DNA of 64,000 nucleotides from an uncultured Desulfospira sp. (GCA_963663165.1 OY760175.1:640001-704000), one strand, 5' to 3'; shown: positions 48,232 to 57,765, counted from the first letter of the stretch. Translations and numbers: made by a program. Notes: a model not told the origin generated them from the letters alone.

Positions 48232-48672
48232 ATGAAACTGATTCCGCCTGAATCCATCAAGGAAAACGAAAAAGAGTTCATTGATACCATTAACGCCGAA
48301 CTGGATTGGGAATCCATTGAAAACCTGTTGATGGAAAAGCATCAATTTACCCTTCAAGAAGAGATCGAATACAAGAACGGTGACCTCATTGTCCATAACA
48401 ATCAGATCGCCTACCAGTTTGACTTTGAAGTCAAGGTGCCATTGTCCGTGATTTTCAACCGGAACGGCGAATGCATTGAAATGAACACCCATGGTTACAG
48501 CGCCGATGAGACCGGTATGCCGGCCGATGAACCGGACAGCCCGGAGGATGGCGTCCTTGAAGCGGGGATTGATGAGCCTCCCCCAAAGGAATCAAGCCAT
48601 AAAGAAAAGGTAGAGCAGATGGCTTCGGATATTGCAGACATGATTCATGAAATCAACCAAGGAGATGAATAA
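48232..48672 (+). CDS. Acidic hypothetical protein in the parA operon
   Basis: 146 aa, 18 nt after the parA stop; its stop overlaps the next start (TAATG). Confidence 0.75.
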   Translation: MKLIPPESIKENEKEFIDTINAELDWESIENLLMEKHQFTLQEEIEYKNGDLIVHNNQIAYQFDFEVKVPLSVIFNRNGECIEMNTHGYSADETGMPADEPDSPEDGVLEAGIDEPPPKESSHKEKVEQMASDIADMIHEINQGDE

Positions 48673-50114
48673 TGGAGATATCAGGGGATAAACACATAGA
48701 CCCGGTGGAAACCAGGAAACAACTTGATGAAATCCTTGCCCGGGAGATTACCTCCTTTGTTGAACTGGATACGGATGTGGCATCAATGTCCTTTAATCTT
48801 GCCAGCATTTCATGCATCATTTTAATGGTGGAACGGGAACGGGAGATCAAGCAGTACCCGGATTCCCCGCCGGAACGGTTCGATGAAGAATCTTTTCAGG
48901 AAGAACTGACGGACATTGGCCTTGACCTGGACGAAAACCTTGAAATGGTTCTCAATTCCCTGATCGGCCACGGGTACATCACCAAAACCGGCAATGGTGA
49001 TCTAGGGGCGGGGATGCCGGCCTTTATGATGGCAGGGCTTCTGGATTCCATGTTTCCGGGCATGCAGGGGCTGAATTTGATTGCCTTTGTGCTTCAGATG
49101 AACGATGAGGTGAATTCAGGCCGCAAAACCCTGGAACTTGCCAAACAAAGCTTTGAATCCACCCTGAAAAGCCGGGGGGTTCAGGTTAACCGTGACAGCG
49201 CCAAGAAACTGGCCACAGACATGGCCTCGGGTGCCACCAAACAATCGGTCCAGTCCAAACAGATTTCCGCCACACTCAAAAAGAACAACCTCAAGCGGCT
49301 TTCGGGCCTGATGAAAACCAGGAAACGCTCGGAAAGCTTCACCTCCAAAATGGTGGTCAGGGATGTGTTTGACAAAGGGCCCACCAAAGAGGAAATCGCG
49401 GCCCGGAAAGCCGAAGCCTTAAGAAAAGAACAAGAGGCCGAAAAAGCCGCTGAGCTGGCCCGGCAGCTGGCTGAAAAAGAAGAAAAAATCAAACAGTCCC
49501 AGGAAGAGGCCAGAAAAGCCGAAGAACAGCTAAAGGCGTTGGAAAAAAGGCAGGAAGAGTTGCGCATTGCCCGGGAGAAGGCCGCTGAGTTAGAAGAAAA
49601 AGAGGCCCTCATGGCCCAGCGGGAGGCCGAGCTCAAGGCCATGGAGGAACGGATCAGGCAACAAGAGGAGCAGGCCCGTGAAAGGCAGGCCCAAAGGGAA
49701 GCCGAAGCAGCAGAAAAGGCAGCGGGACCTGAACCTGTCAAGTCCCGGGCCGACGACGATATCGAGTCCAGAATTGCCGAATTTGAAAGTGATCTGTCAA
49801 CCCCTTGCCCCCTTTGTGCCAGCGGCAAAGTCGTGACCAGGACAACGGAAAAAGGCAAAGATTATTTTTCATGTTCAAATCCGGACTGCCGGTTTGTTTC
49901 CTGGGAAATGCCCTATCATTTTGAATGCCCCTTATGTAAAAATCCGTTTTTAACGGAGACCACAGGCCCAACCGGTGAAAAAGGGCTCAAATGCCCCAGG
50001 GCCGCCTGTGCCTACTCCCAGAACAACCTGCTTGACCCCAGACAGAACATGGCCGCCCCGCCGGCCCCGGCCAAAAAGAAAAAAAGAGTGGTCCGCAGAA
50101 AAAAGAAAGGATAG
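48672..50114 (+). CDS. Protein with wHTH-like N-terminal region, long coiled coil, two topoisomerase-IA-type C4 zinc ribbons and a basic tail
   Basis: CPLC...FSCSNPDC and CPLC...LKCPRAAC; E/K/A/Q-rich coiled coil; KKKKRVVRRKKKG. Confidence 0.8.
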   Translation: MEISGDKHIDPVETRKQLDEILAREITSFVELDTDVASMSFNLASISCIILMVEREREIKQYPDSPPERFDEESFQEELTDIGLDLDENLEMVLNSLIGHGYITKTGNGDLGAGMPAFMMAGLLDSMFPGMQGLNLIAFVLQMNDEVNSGRKTLELAKQSFESTLKSRGVQVNRDSAKKLATDMASGATKQSVQSKQISATLKKNNLKRLSGLMKTRKRSESFTSKMVVRDVFDKGPTKEEIAARKAEALRKEQEAEKAAELARQLAEKEEKIKQSQEEARKAEEQLKALEKRQEELRIAREKAAELEEKEALMAQREAELKAMEERIRQQEEQARERQAQREAEAAEKAAGPEPVKSRADDDIESRIAEFESDLSTPCPLCASGKVVTRTTEKGKDYFSCSNPDCRFVSWEMPYHFECPLCKNPFLTETTGPTGEKGLKCPRAACAYSQNNLLDPRQNMAAPPAPAKKKKRVVRRKKKG

Positions 50115-50144
50115 GGAAAATCCCGAACCTTTAAATCGTAACCT

Positions 50145-50306
50145 TGACATTTTTTGTCATGATCTAAAAATTTTTTGTTCAATGCCTGGTCCATACCCCA
50201 GGCTTATCTCATCTCGGTTTTTGCTGGCTGAATAATTTATCTCTTTTGATATCAGTATATTAAAAAAAATAAATCCAAATTTCGCTTCCCTGGCATGCCA
50301 GTTGCT
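50145..50306 (+). promoter_or_regulatory. Sigma54 promoter of pilA with candidate enhancer and IHF site
   Basis: TGACA-N5-TGTCA (50145-50159); TATCAGTATATTA fits WATCARN4TTR (50250-50262); TGGCATGCCAGTTGCT -24/-12 (50291-50306). Confidence 0.8.
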
Positions 50307-50371
50307 CATTAAGTTTTGCAACAAAAGAGTTTAAATCTTTTTAGTCCAACCCAAAGATAAGGAGAGTAAAC

Positions 50372-50764
50372 ATGACTAAAAAAAATGAAAACGGATTTAC
50401 CCTGATTGAACTGATGATCGTCGTGGCCATTATCGGCATTCTGGCCGCCATTGCCATCCCTAACTTCATGAATTATCAGTGCAAGGCCAAACAGGCTGAA
50501 GCCAAATCCAATCTTGGAAATATCCGCACCATGGAAGAGGCCTACTTTGCTGAGAATGATACGTATGACGTCGATCAGTCTAAAATCGGGTTTGCGTTAA
50601 AGGATGCAGCTGCCGCAAAATATACTTACACGATTACAGCTGCGACTGCGACCGGATTTACCGCGCAAGCAGTCGCCAAAGCACAAACGAATGGCAAAAA
50701 CGATACCTGGACCATGACCCAGACCGGAGCTTTGACAAACTCCGTTCCCGGATGCACGCCCTAA
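50372..50764 (+). CDS. pilA: Type IVa major pilin
   Basis: Prepilin cleavage [25 protein letters not shown]; strong RBS; sigma54 promoter and downstream hairpin. Confidence 0.95.
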   Translation: MTKKNENGFTLIELMIVVAIIGILAAIAIPNFMNYQCKAKQAEAKSNLGNIRTMEEAYFAENDTYDVDQSKIGFALKDAAAAKYTYTITAATATGFTAQAVAKAQTNGKNDTWTMTQTGALTNSVPGCTP

Positions 50765-50798
50765 TCATTCGTTTAACGGTCAATAAATTAAAAGATCG

Positions 50799-50842
50799 GG
50801 TCCTGCGCCACCCTGAAAGGCGCAGGGCCACTCTTTTATTTT
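50799..50842 (+). terminator. Hairpin/terminator after pilA
   Basis: ggtcctgcgcc/ggcgcagggcc then T-rich tract. Confidence 0.7.
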
Positions 50843-50843
50843 C

Positions 50844-51524
50844 ATGAAAACCTTATGCTGCTATATTTTAATTGTCGTCCTGCTGACGGCAACCATCCTT
50901 TTCCAAACCCGTCTTCTTAATGAGCGGTTTTCATTTTCCTTTGACAATCCCGAGTGCCCCTGGTGCGACGGCAACCAAATCGATGAAATCCGGTTTATTC
51001 CCGCCAAAACCCTGTTTATCAGATTGTTTGCCCCGGCAGATCCCGATTTAACGGCTGATTTTTTATGGGTCCGGACCAAATACTATTTTGGCGCCCATGC
51101 GGTTACAGACCAGGACTATTTTTTCTTAAACTACCTGCTGGAAAAAATCACCGATCTTGCGCCACACTGGAAAGTGCCTTACATTTTTGGTGCCGTTGTT
51201 TTATATCTTGAGGCACAAATGCCCGATGACGCCCTCTGGATTCTGGATAAAGGGTTGGCAAGCTTTGAAGATGACTGGCAGTTTTATTTTCTAAAAGGCT
51301 ATATTTACTGGAAGGCCTTTGAAAACCTTGAAGAGGCCAGCCAGCAGATTTTTGAAGCGTCCAAACAAAAGGACGCCCCGCAATACTTAAGGGGCCTGTC
51401 GGCCACCCTTGCCTCAAGGTCCGGCAACCGGGCATTTATGGAAACATTTTACCGGATTATTGACCAGCATGTGGATGACCCAGAACAAAAACAGAAGATC
51501 CGGGAAAAACTTAAAGGAAATTAA
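50844..51524 (+). CDS. Pilin-associated TPR-like membrane-anchored protein (XapA/PilG-like)
   Basis: ADFLW.R..YY, ITDLAP, LDKG, W.F....GY.Y, AP.Y helical repeats; lies between pilA and the ABC genes. Confidence 0.7.
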   Translation: MKTLCCYILIVVLLTATILFQTRLLNERFSFSFDNPECPWCDGNQIDEIRFIPAKTLFIRLFAPADPDLTADFLWVRTKYYFGAHAVTDQDYFFLNYLLEKITDLAPHWKVPYIFGAVVLYLEAQMPDDALWILDKGLASFEDDWQFYFLKGYIYWKAFENLEEASQQIFEASKQKDAPQYLRGLSATLASRSGNRAFMETFYRIIDQHVDDPEQKQKIREKLKGN

Positions 51525-51526
51525 CC

Positions 51527-52432
51527 TTGGTCCAAAACGCTGTAGAATTAAGCGATGTCTCCTATCAGGTACCCCAGGGATTTTTTCTAAAATCCAAAAC
51601 CATTGTCAGGGATATCAGTTTTTTCATTCCCAAAGGTGAATCCATGGGGCTGATCGGCCCTAACGGGGCCGGGAAAACCACGACCATCAAGCTTTGCACC
51701 GGCATTTTAACCCCCAAAACCGGAAAGGCCTTTATTGATGGTCAGCCCTGTAGGTTAAAATCGGCGAGGGCAAAACTTGGTTTGTTAACCGAAAACCAGT
51801 ACATCCCGGGCCATCTCAAGGTCAACGAGTGGCTGTTTTTTTTAGGACGGCTATCGGGCATGGCCGGACAGGGGCTCAAACAGGCCGTTCAATTGAATAT
51901 GGAAAGATTTCATCTGGACACCCTGGCGGACCGGACTATTTTAGGCCTGTCCAAGGGCCAGGTGCAGCGCCTGGGATTTGCCCAGGCGTTTTTGCACAAC
52001 CCCGCCATACTGGTATTAGATGAACCCATGAGCGGCATGGACCCCCTGTGGCGGTCCCGGCTCCATGACATTCTTTTAGATTACAAAAAACAGGGAAACA
52101 GCCTGTTGTTCAGTTCCCATATCATGTCCGATGTATTGCAGCTGTCAGACCGGATTACCGTAATTAAAAACGGGACCGTTTCCTGGCAGGGCACCATGAA
52201 TGACATCCACCGGAACATTACCCGGTATGAGGCCGTGGTTCACGGTTCTGACATGAAAATTTTCGACCACATAGAGGGCCGCATCCAGGTAGAAGCCCAG
52301 CCCGACGGATCCCATAAAATTCTGGCTGATAAGGCGGCCAAAGACAGGATCATTGAACTGGTGTCAGGGCAGCAGTTGTCCCTGGCATCGTTAACCCCTG
52401 TTTATCCGGCAATTGAGGATATATTCAAATGA
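51527..52432 (+). CDS. ABC transporter ATP-binding protein (PilH/XapD-like)
   Basis: GPNGAGKTT, LSKGQ.QR, LDEPMSG.DP, SSH. Confidence 0.9.
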   Translation: MVQNAVELSDVSYQVPQGFFLKSKTIVRDISFFIPKGESMGLIGPNGAGKTTTIKLCTGILTPKTGKAFIDGQPCRLKSARAKLGLLTENQYIPGHLKVNEWLFFLGRLSGMAGQGLKQAVQLNMERFHLDTLADRTILGLSKGQVQRLGFAQAFLHNPAILVLDEPMSGMDPLWRSRLHDILLDYKKQGNSLLFSSHIMSDVLQLSDRITVIKNGTVSWQGTMNDIHRNITRYEAVVHGSDMKIFDHIEGRIQVEAQPDGSHKILADKAAKDRIIELVSGQQLSLASLTPVYPAIEDIFK

Positions 52433-53208
52433 AGCGCTTCACAAACCAGGTGTGGGCTTTTACCCTGATTACCTTTAAGGAAAATTTAAGAAACAACGCT
52501 TATCTGATTCTTAGCCTGACCGGCATCTGCCTGTTTTTAGCGGCCGGTATGCTCGCCAACATGGCGGTGGGGGATCAAACCCGGGTGGTGCTGGATTCGG
52601 GTTTCTGGATTCTCGGGATATTGGGGGTGGTGTCAAGCCTGGTCCTCGGGCTGAATGCCGTTCAAAATGATCTGAACAAAAAAATCATCTATACCATGCT
52701 GTCACGGCCGGTGGACCGGTGGGTGTATATGTCCGGTAAATTTGCCGGAATCCTGGCCATGGGATGGTTAATATTTATTACCCTTTCATTCATACTGGTT
52801 ATGGCCCTTGTTATGACGGGCACCCCGGTTTCAGTTAACATTCTGACCGCCATAGGGTTTATTTTTTTAGAGTGGTGTGTGCTGTTTGGGTTCAGCATTT
52901 TGTTTGCCTCATTTACCGGTCCTTTGCTCCACGCATTGTTTTTGTTTTCCCTTTATTTTATCGGACACTGGGCTTCCTATTTATTTGCCTATGCCCGGAA
53001 TGCCCAGGATCAACTGCTGGAAAATGTTTTATTGATCCTTTATTACGGGTTTCCCAACCTTGAAGCCCTTAATTACAGAACCCAGGCATTGTACCAAACG
53101 CCCATTCCGGCAGGCCACCTGGTGCAGAGCCTTGGTACCGGTCTTGGATGGACTGTCACCGTTTTTGTGCTGGCGGTACTCATTTTCAACAACCGAAAAG
53201 TCATTTGA
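52429..53208 (+). CDS. ABC transporter permease (PilI/XapB-like)
   Basis: TFKENLR, IYTMLSRPV.R..Y..GKF, PNL; six TM helices. Confidence 0.88.
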   Translation: MKRFTNQVWAFTLITFKENLRNNAYLILSLTGICLFLAAGMLANMAVGDQTRVVLDSGFWILGILGVVSSLVLGLNAVQNDLNKKIIYTMLSRPVDRWVYMSGKFAGILAMGWLIFITLSFILVMALVMTGTPVSVNILTAIGFIFLEWCVLFGFSILFASFTGPLLHALFLFSLYFIGHWASYLFAYARNAQDQLLENVLLILYYGFPNLEALNYRTQALYQTPIPAGHLVQSLGTGLGWTVTVFVLAVLIFNNRKVI

Positions 53209-53209
53209 C

Positions 53210-53387
53210 TTATATGAAAGTCTCACTAACATCTTGAGAAGACTTCCATTATTTGTTGTGGGCGGTTCTTGGTTGGATAACCAGGGCGGCCCGTGGCTGT
53301 TATATGAAAGACTCAGCAACCTGTTGAGTTTTTTCAATATTTGTTGTGGGTGGTTCCTGGTTGGATAACCCAAACGGCCCGTGGCCG
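53210..53387 (+). repeat. Two tandem copies (90 and 88 bp) of the two-hairpin repeat
   Basis: Units 53210-53299 and 53300-53387 both start TTATATGAAAG and end CGGCCCGTGGC(T/C)G; together they fill the gap between convergent genes. Confidence 0.92.
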
Positions 53388-54131
53388 TTATTGATACTTG
53401 AAGGGCAGGCTGACCTGCCGGCCATCGGGATTTTTTAAAACCACCTGGTCCGGTTCAATATGCAGGACCAGGTATCCTTGAACCCGTTCATTTTCCCCCA
53501 GAATTTTATCGTTGATTACCGCAATCCGCTGTGACGGGTCTTTTGACCAGGAAATGGCCTGAAGGTCCAACAGGGTTGAATCAGCCATGGGATATGCCAT
53601 CTTTTGGGGCGCCTGGTCCGGGACAGGGATATTTTTTGTTGCGGACTGGGCCTGAGGGATTTCAACCACAGCCGGTTCGGGCTCCGGCAAAGGCCTTTGG
53701 AACTCACGGATTTTTAAAGGGGCCGGCGGCTGCGACGGGGGGACCGGATCAACCGGTTCACTTTCTGCCATTTCCAGGGGAGGGGGAATAAATGCCGGTT
53801 TCTTTCCCGGTAATTCGGCCCCCAGGGCAGGGGGAGCCGGCGCGGTCTGTTTTATTGCCTGATCACTAATTTCCAATGGCCTGCCGCCCGGGTCTACAGG
53901 CCCTTCAGGTTGATCGTTCATCCAGTAAAGCCAGCCGCCCAACCCCATCACAACAACCAGGCAGCCGCAAAGGAGCGCGATGAAAACAACCGGCGGTTTG
54001 GAACGGCCTTTGGGCTCTACGGCAACAGTCCTTTTGAAAACAGGCTCAGGGACTTTAATTTCAGCTCCCTGGGATTTGGCCAGGTCTGCATTGTCCTGGG
54101 CTTTTTTTAATGCCGTTAGAATGGTGCTCAT
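53388..54131 (-). CDS. GspB/ExeB-like T2SS accessory protein
   Basis: MSTIL.ALKK start, single TM, Pro-rich linker, C-terminal L.AISWS.DP..R.AVIN...GE...I.PD.VVL. Confidence 0.85.
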   Translation of the reverse strand: MSTILTALKKAQDNADLAKSQGAEIKVPEPVFKRTVAVEPKGRSKPPVVFIALLCGCLVVVMGLGGWLYWMNDQPEGPVDPGGRPLEISDQAIKQTAPAPPALGAELPGKKPAFIPPPLEMAESEPVDPVPPSQPPAPLKIREFQRPLPEPEPAVVEIPQAQSATKNIPVPDQAPQKMAYPMADSTLLDLQAISWSKDPSQRIAVINDKILGENERVQGYLVLHIEPDQVVLKNPDGRQVSLPFKYQ

Positions 54132-54140
54132 ATGAAAACT

Positions 54141-55820
54141 TTAAGGCGTTGTTGGTTGATTTTCAGGCTGACGGCTGTGTTTTAGCCGGTACAGGACAAT
54201 TTTGGTCATGGGGCCGGCAAGGCCGTCCTGTTCAAGACCGTATCGGGCCTGTATGTCACGGACCGCATCTTTTAAGGACGTGTCATAATGGGCGGTCAGT
54301 TCCAGGTTGTCAAAGCCTATCTGTTTTAAAAATGATTTTAACGAGATAATCACGGCAGCAGGAGAGCCCGGGGTGATAACACCGGGATATCCGAAGATAT
54401 CTTTCCAGGGGATGTAAATGTTGTTTTTAATATGGACCGATAACTCATCAAAGGGCAGGGTGACCCGCGAATTATTCCTGCCCTCCAGTATAAAGGACCG
54501 CCCATTGTCAAAAATTTCCAATAACAGCAGGTATCCGGATTTTTCATTTATCTGCACCTGGATAATGGCCGGCAGCTGAAATTGCAGCAATCTGTCAGGG
54601 TCATTGATAATGTGTAAAATCTGAAATCCGTACTCAATGGCCAGGACTTTGAAAAACTGGGAATCGGTGGTGATTTCTTCAAGCCGTCCGGTTTGAACAT
54701 CAACCATATCCATATCCGGTTCCCAGAGCTTTAGAACATGCTTAAAAGCGTCATCCCTTTGACATATAAAAAGGTCATCAAAAGCGGTGGAAATTGGTTT
54801 GGAACGGATATCTTTGGCCTGGGTCTTGGCCTGGGCCGCTGTTTTAAAAGAAACCTTACCGGTTTTTGGGGCGGGCGGTGTTTGGGTTGCCGCCTGGGGT
54901 TTTAAGTTGACGTGGGTAAGGGACCTTGGGGAAAAAAGGGTTGCGGCCATTGCCACGGCAAGAATTAAAAGCAGTGCTGCCAATCTGGGAAATGAAAAAA
55001 AGGAACGGGTTGCTTTGGGCAAGACAACTTCCTTTGCGGCGGTACGGACCATTGTCCTGGTAACGGTCTTTTTATCCTGGCTGTAAGCCGTTAACAATGC
55101 CCTGTCACAAAGAATGTTGATTTTCCGGGGAATGCCGCCGGTCTGTCTGGCAATCTGCTGTAATGCCCCCGGGGTGAACAGGGCCTGGGGGACTAAAGAC
55201 GCCGTGTTAATCCGGTGTTCAATGTAAAGCTGTGTTTCGGTAACGCTCAAGGGCAGTACCTTGCAGCTGACACTGATTCTTTGGCGCAAGGGACGCAGCT
55301 CAAAGGTATTGAGAATCTCTGACAGCTCAGGCTGGCCCACGAGAATGATCTGCAGCAGTTTGGCTTTGGTGGTCTCAAGGTTTGATAAGAGCCTTAACTG
55401 TTCTAAAGTCTCAGGTTCAAGGTTTTGGGCCTCGTCTATGAGAAGCACCACTGACCGGCCCTGGCTTTTCCGGGCCAGCAAAAAACCGTAGAGCTCCCTT
55501 GTCATGTCCGAGGGTTCCCGGGATTCAACCTCAAGTCCAAGATCGGCCAGAATGGCGCTTAACAGCTGGGAGGCATTCAGTTTGGAGTTAAAAATAAAGG
55601 CTGAGTCAACGGTGTCGTCAAGGTTTTCTAAAAACACCCGGCAAAGGGTGGTTTTCCCGGTCCCGACCTCGCCGGTGATTTCCACAAACCCTTCGGCCTG
55701 GGAAAGGGCAAAGGACAAATGGGCCAGCGCTTCTTCGTGGCTGGCGCCAAGAAACAGGAATTCCGGATCAGGTACCAGTCTGAAGGGCTTTTCCTTAAAT
55801 CCGAAATAGGCGTTGTACAT
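54141..55820 (-). CDS. ExeA/GspA AAA ATPase with peptidoglycan-binding C-terminus
   Basis: MY..YFG..EKPF...PDP.FL, TGEVGTGKT, IDEAQNL, LVGQPEL, GGIPR.IN.LCD, Q...GL..DG.AGP.T. Confidence 0.92.
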   Translation of the reverse strand: MYNAYFGFKEKPFRLVPDPEFLFLGASHEEALAHLSFALSQAEGFVEITGEVGTGKTTLCRVFLENLDDTVDSAFIFNSKLNASQLLSAILADLGLEVESREPSDMTRELYGFLLARKSQGRSVVLLIDEAQNLEPETLEQLRLLSNLETTKAKLLQIILVGQPELSEILNTFELRPLRQRISVSCKVLPLSVTETQLYIEHRINTASLVPQALFTPGALQQIARQTGGIPRKINILCDRALLTAYSQDKKTVTRTMVRTAAKEVVLPKATRSFFSFPRLAALLLILAVAMAATLFSPRSLTHVNLKPQAATQTPPAPKTGKVSFKTAAQAKTQAKDIRSKPISTAFDDLFICQRDDAFKHVLKLWEPDMDMVDVQTGRLEEITTDSQFFKVLAIEYGFQILHIINDPDRLLQFQLPAIIQVQINEKSGYLLLLEIFDNGRSFILEGRNNSRVTLPFDELSVHIKNNIYIPWKDIFGYPGVITPGSPAAVIISLKSFLKQIGFDNLELTAHYDTSLKDAVRDIQARYGLEQDGLAGPMTKIVLYRLKHSRQPENQPTTP

Positions 55821-56007
55821 GGTAAAAACAGTTTAAGGTTTTCAGTTTACAATAACCTTTCCTATCTATAAGGTTTCCCATCTAAATACAATCATTTTTC
55901 CCTTAACTTTTGCTAATAAAATTGACTTTAAGGCAGAATCGTTTTAGAAAAGATAATCAATTTAGCCCAATTTTACGGCCTGCATTCAAAAAATCAGGAG
56001 AAAAACC

Positions 56008-56553
56008 ATGACATTTTCAATTGATCCGGCTTTTGCCGGGGGGGAAAGCATTTTTAAACGAATAACGCAAATGGTTCTTTGCGCTGCGCTTATGGTATTC
56101 TTAACCGGATGTGCCTCAACCCTCTCCCCGGCAACGCCGGCTGGTGATACCGGGGAAGGCAATGAAAAATCCAACCAGACAACGGCCATCTATTATGATT
56201 TTGTGGATATCCTGGTGCCCAATGAATTGAAAATCATCAAAGACAAAACCTTTGTGGTCTCCACCCCGGGGTTCCGGTCCGGCGTGCTGATGATGAAAGG
56301 CCGGGTAGAGGGCCACTCGCTGTTTAATTTTTTTAATACCAACATGTTAAAAGACAACTGGAATGTGGTCAGCCAGATCAAATCCCCGGACACCACCATC
56401 ATGGTGTTTGAAAAACCCACCCGGTGCGCCGTGGTCACCATCCGGGACGAAGAAATTTATACCTATGTGGAAATCGGGGTGGCCCCCAGGGTCCAGGGAA
56501 CCATGCAGCAGATGACGCCGGCCGATATTATTGATTCGGGCCTGGCCCCTTAA
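56008..56553 (+). CDS. Putative lipoprotein
   Basis: Lipobox LTGC; true start may be later (ATG 56071). Confidence 0.7.
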   Translation: MTFSIDPAFAGGESIFKRITQMVLCAALMVFLTGCASTLSPATPAGDTGEGNEKSNQTTAIYYDFVDILVPNELKIIKDKTFVVSTPGFRSGVLMMKGRVEGHSLFNFFNTNMLKDNWNVVSQIKSPDTTIMVFEKPTRCAVVTIRDEEIYTYVEIGVAPRVQGTMQQMTPADIIDSGLAP

Positions 56554-56568
56554 CCGCTGGATTTTTCT

Positions 56569-57765
56569 ATGTTAAAGAACACGCATATCCTTTTGGGGGT
56601 TACCGGCGGCATTGCCGCCTATAAGTCTGTGGAACTGCTGCGCCTTTTAAAAAAGGCCGGGGCCGATGTGCAGGTGGTGCTAACGGCATCGGCCCAGAAT
56701 TTTGTGGGCAAAACCACTTTTGAAGTCTTATCGGAAAATCCGGTTATTGCCGATCTGTTCAAGGATACCGGTTCTTCTGTGGCCCATATTGATGCGGCAG
56801 CCAAAACCGACCTTGCGGTGGTCGCCCCGGCCACGGCCAATATCATCGCAAAGCTGGCCAATGGCTTGGCTGACGATGCCCTGAGCACCACCATGCTCGC
56901 GGTGACGGCACCGGTCATGCTTTGTCCGTCCATGAATTCGGACATGTACCAGAACATCCGGGTGCAGCGCAATCTGGATATATTGGAAAAGGACGGCGTC
57001 CATATCCTGGATCCGGATTCCGGTGTGCTGGCCTGCAAAACCGTTGGGGCCGGAAGGCTGCCGGAACCCGAATATATCTTTGACCGGATCTGTGCCCTGT
57101 TAACCCCTAAAGACCTTAAGGGGAAACGGTTCCTCATTTCAGCCGGCCCCACAAGGGAGGCCCTTGACCCGGTCCGGTACATCAGCAACCACTCTTCGGG
57201 AAAAATGGGGTACGCCATTGCCGGGCGGGCGGAAAAAAGGGGCGGGCAGGTCACCCTGGTCTCGGGGCCGGTTTCCATTGATCCGCCCTTCGGGATTGAT
57301 CTGATCAAGGTGTCAAGCGGTGATGACATGGCAGCGGCCATGCTGGACAACCTTTCTTGTGCCGACATTATTATCAAAGTGGCGGCTGTGGCGGATTTTA
57401 AACCTGACGCCTGCCAGGCCCTTAAAATTAAGAAAAAACCCGGACAAAAGGGCATGGTCCTTTCCCTTACGGAAAATATGGATATTCTCAACCGTTTGGG
57501 AGAGCTTAAAACCAAAGAACAGTTTCTGGCCGGGTTTGCCGCCGAAACCCATGACCTTGAAGAAAATGCCTTAAAAAAAATGAAAAAAAAGAACCTGGAC
57601 ATGATCGTGGCCAATCTGGTGGGGCAGGAAGGCTCGGGATTCGAGGCCGACACCAACAAGGCCCGGGTTTTTCTAAAGAACGGAACCGTAAAGGATATTC
57701 CGCTCATGGAAAAACTTCAGGTGGCCGACATTGTCCTTGATACCATTGTTCAAGAACTGGGGTAG
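56569..57765 (+). CDS. coaBC: Phosphopantothenoylcysteine decarboxylase/ligase
   Basis: GVTGGIAAYK, APATAN, PSMN, G.LAC...G.GRL, SAGPTRE.LDPVRYISNHSSGKMG, GFAAET. Confidence 0.97.
   Translation: MLKNTHILLGVTGGIAAYKSVELLRLLKKAGADVQVVLTASAQNFVGKTTFEVLSENPVIADLFKDTGSSVAHIDAAAKTDLAVVAPATANIIAKLANGLADDALSTTMLAVTAPVMLCPSMNSDMYQNIRVQRNLDILEKDGVHILDPDSGVLACKTVGAGRLPEPEYIFDRICALLTPKDLKGKRFLISAGPTREALDPVRYISNHSSGKMGYAIAGRAEKRGGQVTLVSGPVSIDPPFGIDLIKVSSGDDMAAAMLDNLSCADIIIKVAAVADFKPDACQALKIKKKPGQKGMVLSLTENMDILNRLGELKTKEQFLAGFAAETHDLEENALKKMKKKNLDMIVANLVGQEGSGFEADTNKARVFLKNGTVKDIPLMEKLQVADIVLDTIVQELG

Noticed and set aside
53210..53387. CRISPR array or integron attC sites
   Set aside because: Only two adjacent units with no unique spacers and no cas genes. 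The TAAC...GTTA ends are suggestive, but the unit forms two separate hairpins rather than one attC stem, and the nearby recombinases are canonical XerC/XerD.
56619..57707. Long antisense ORFs (362 aa here; also 49181-49858, 60187-60771, 17036-17677)
   Set aside because: They lie opposite well-supported genes and show no recognisable motifs.
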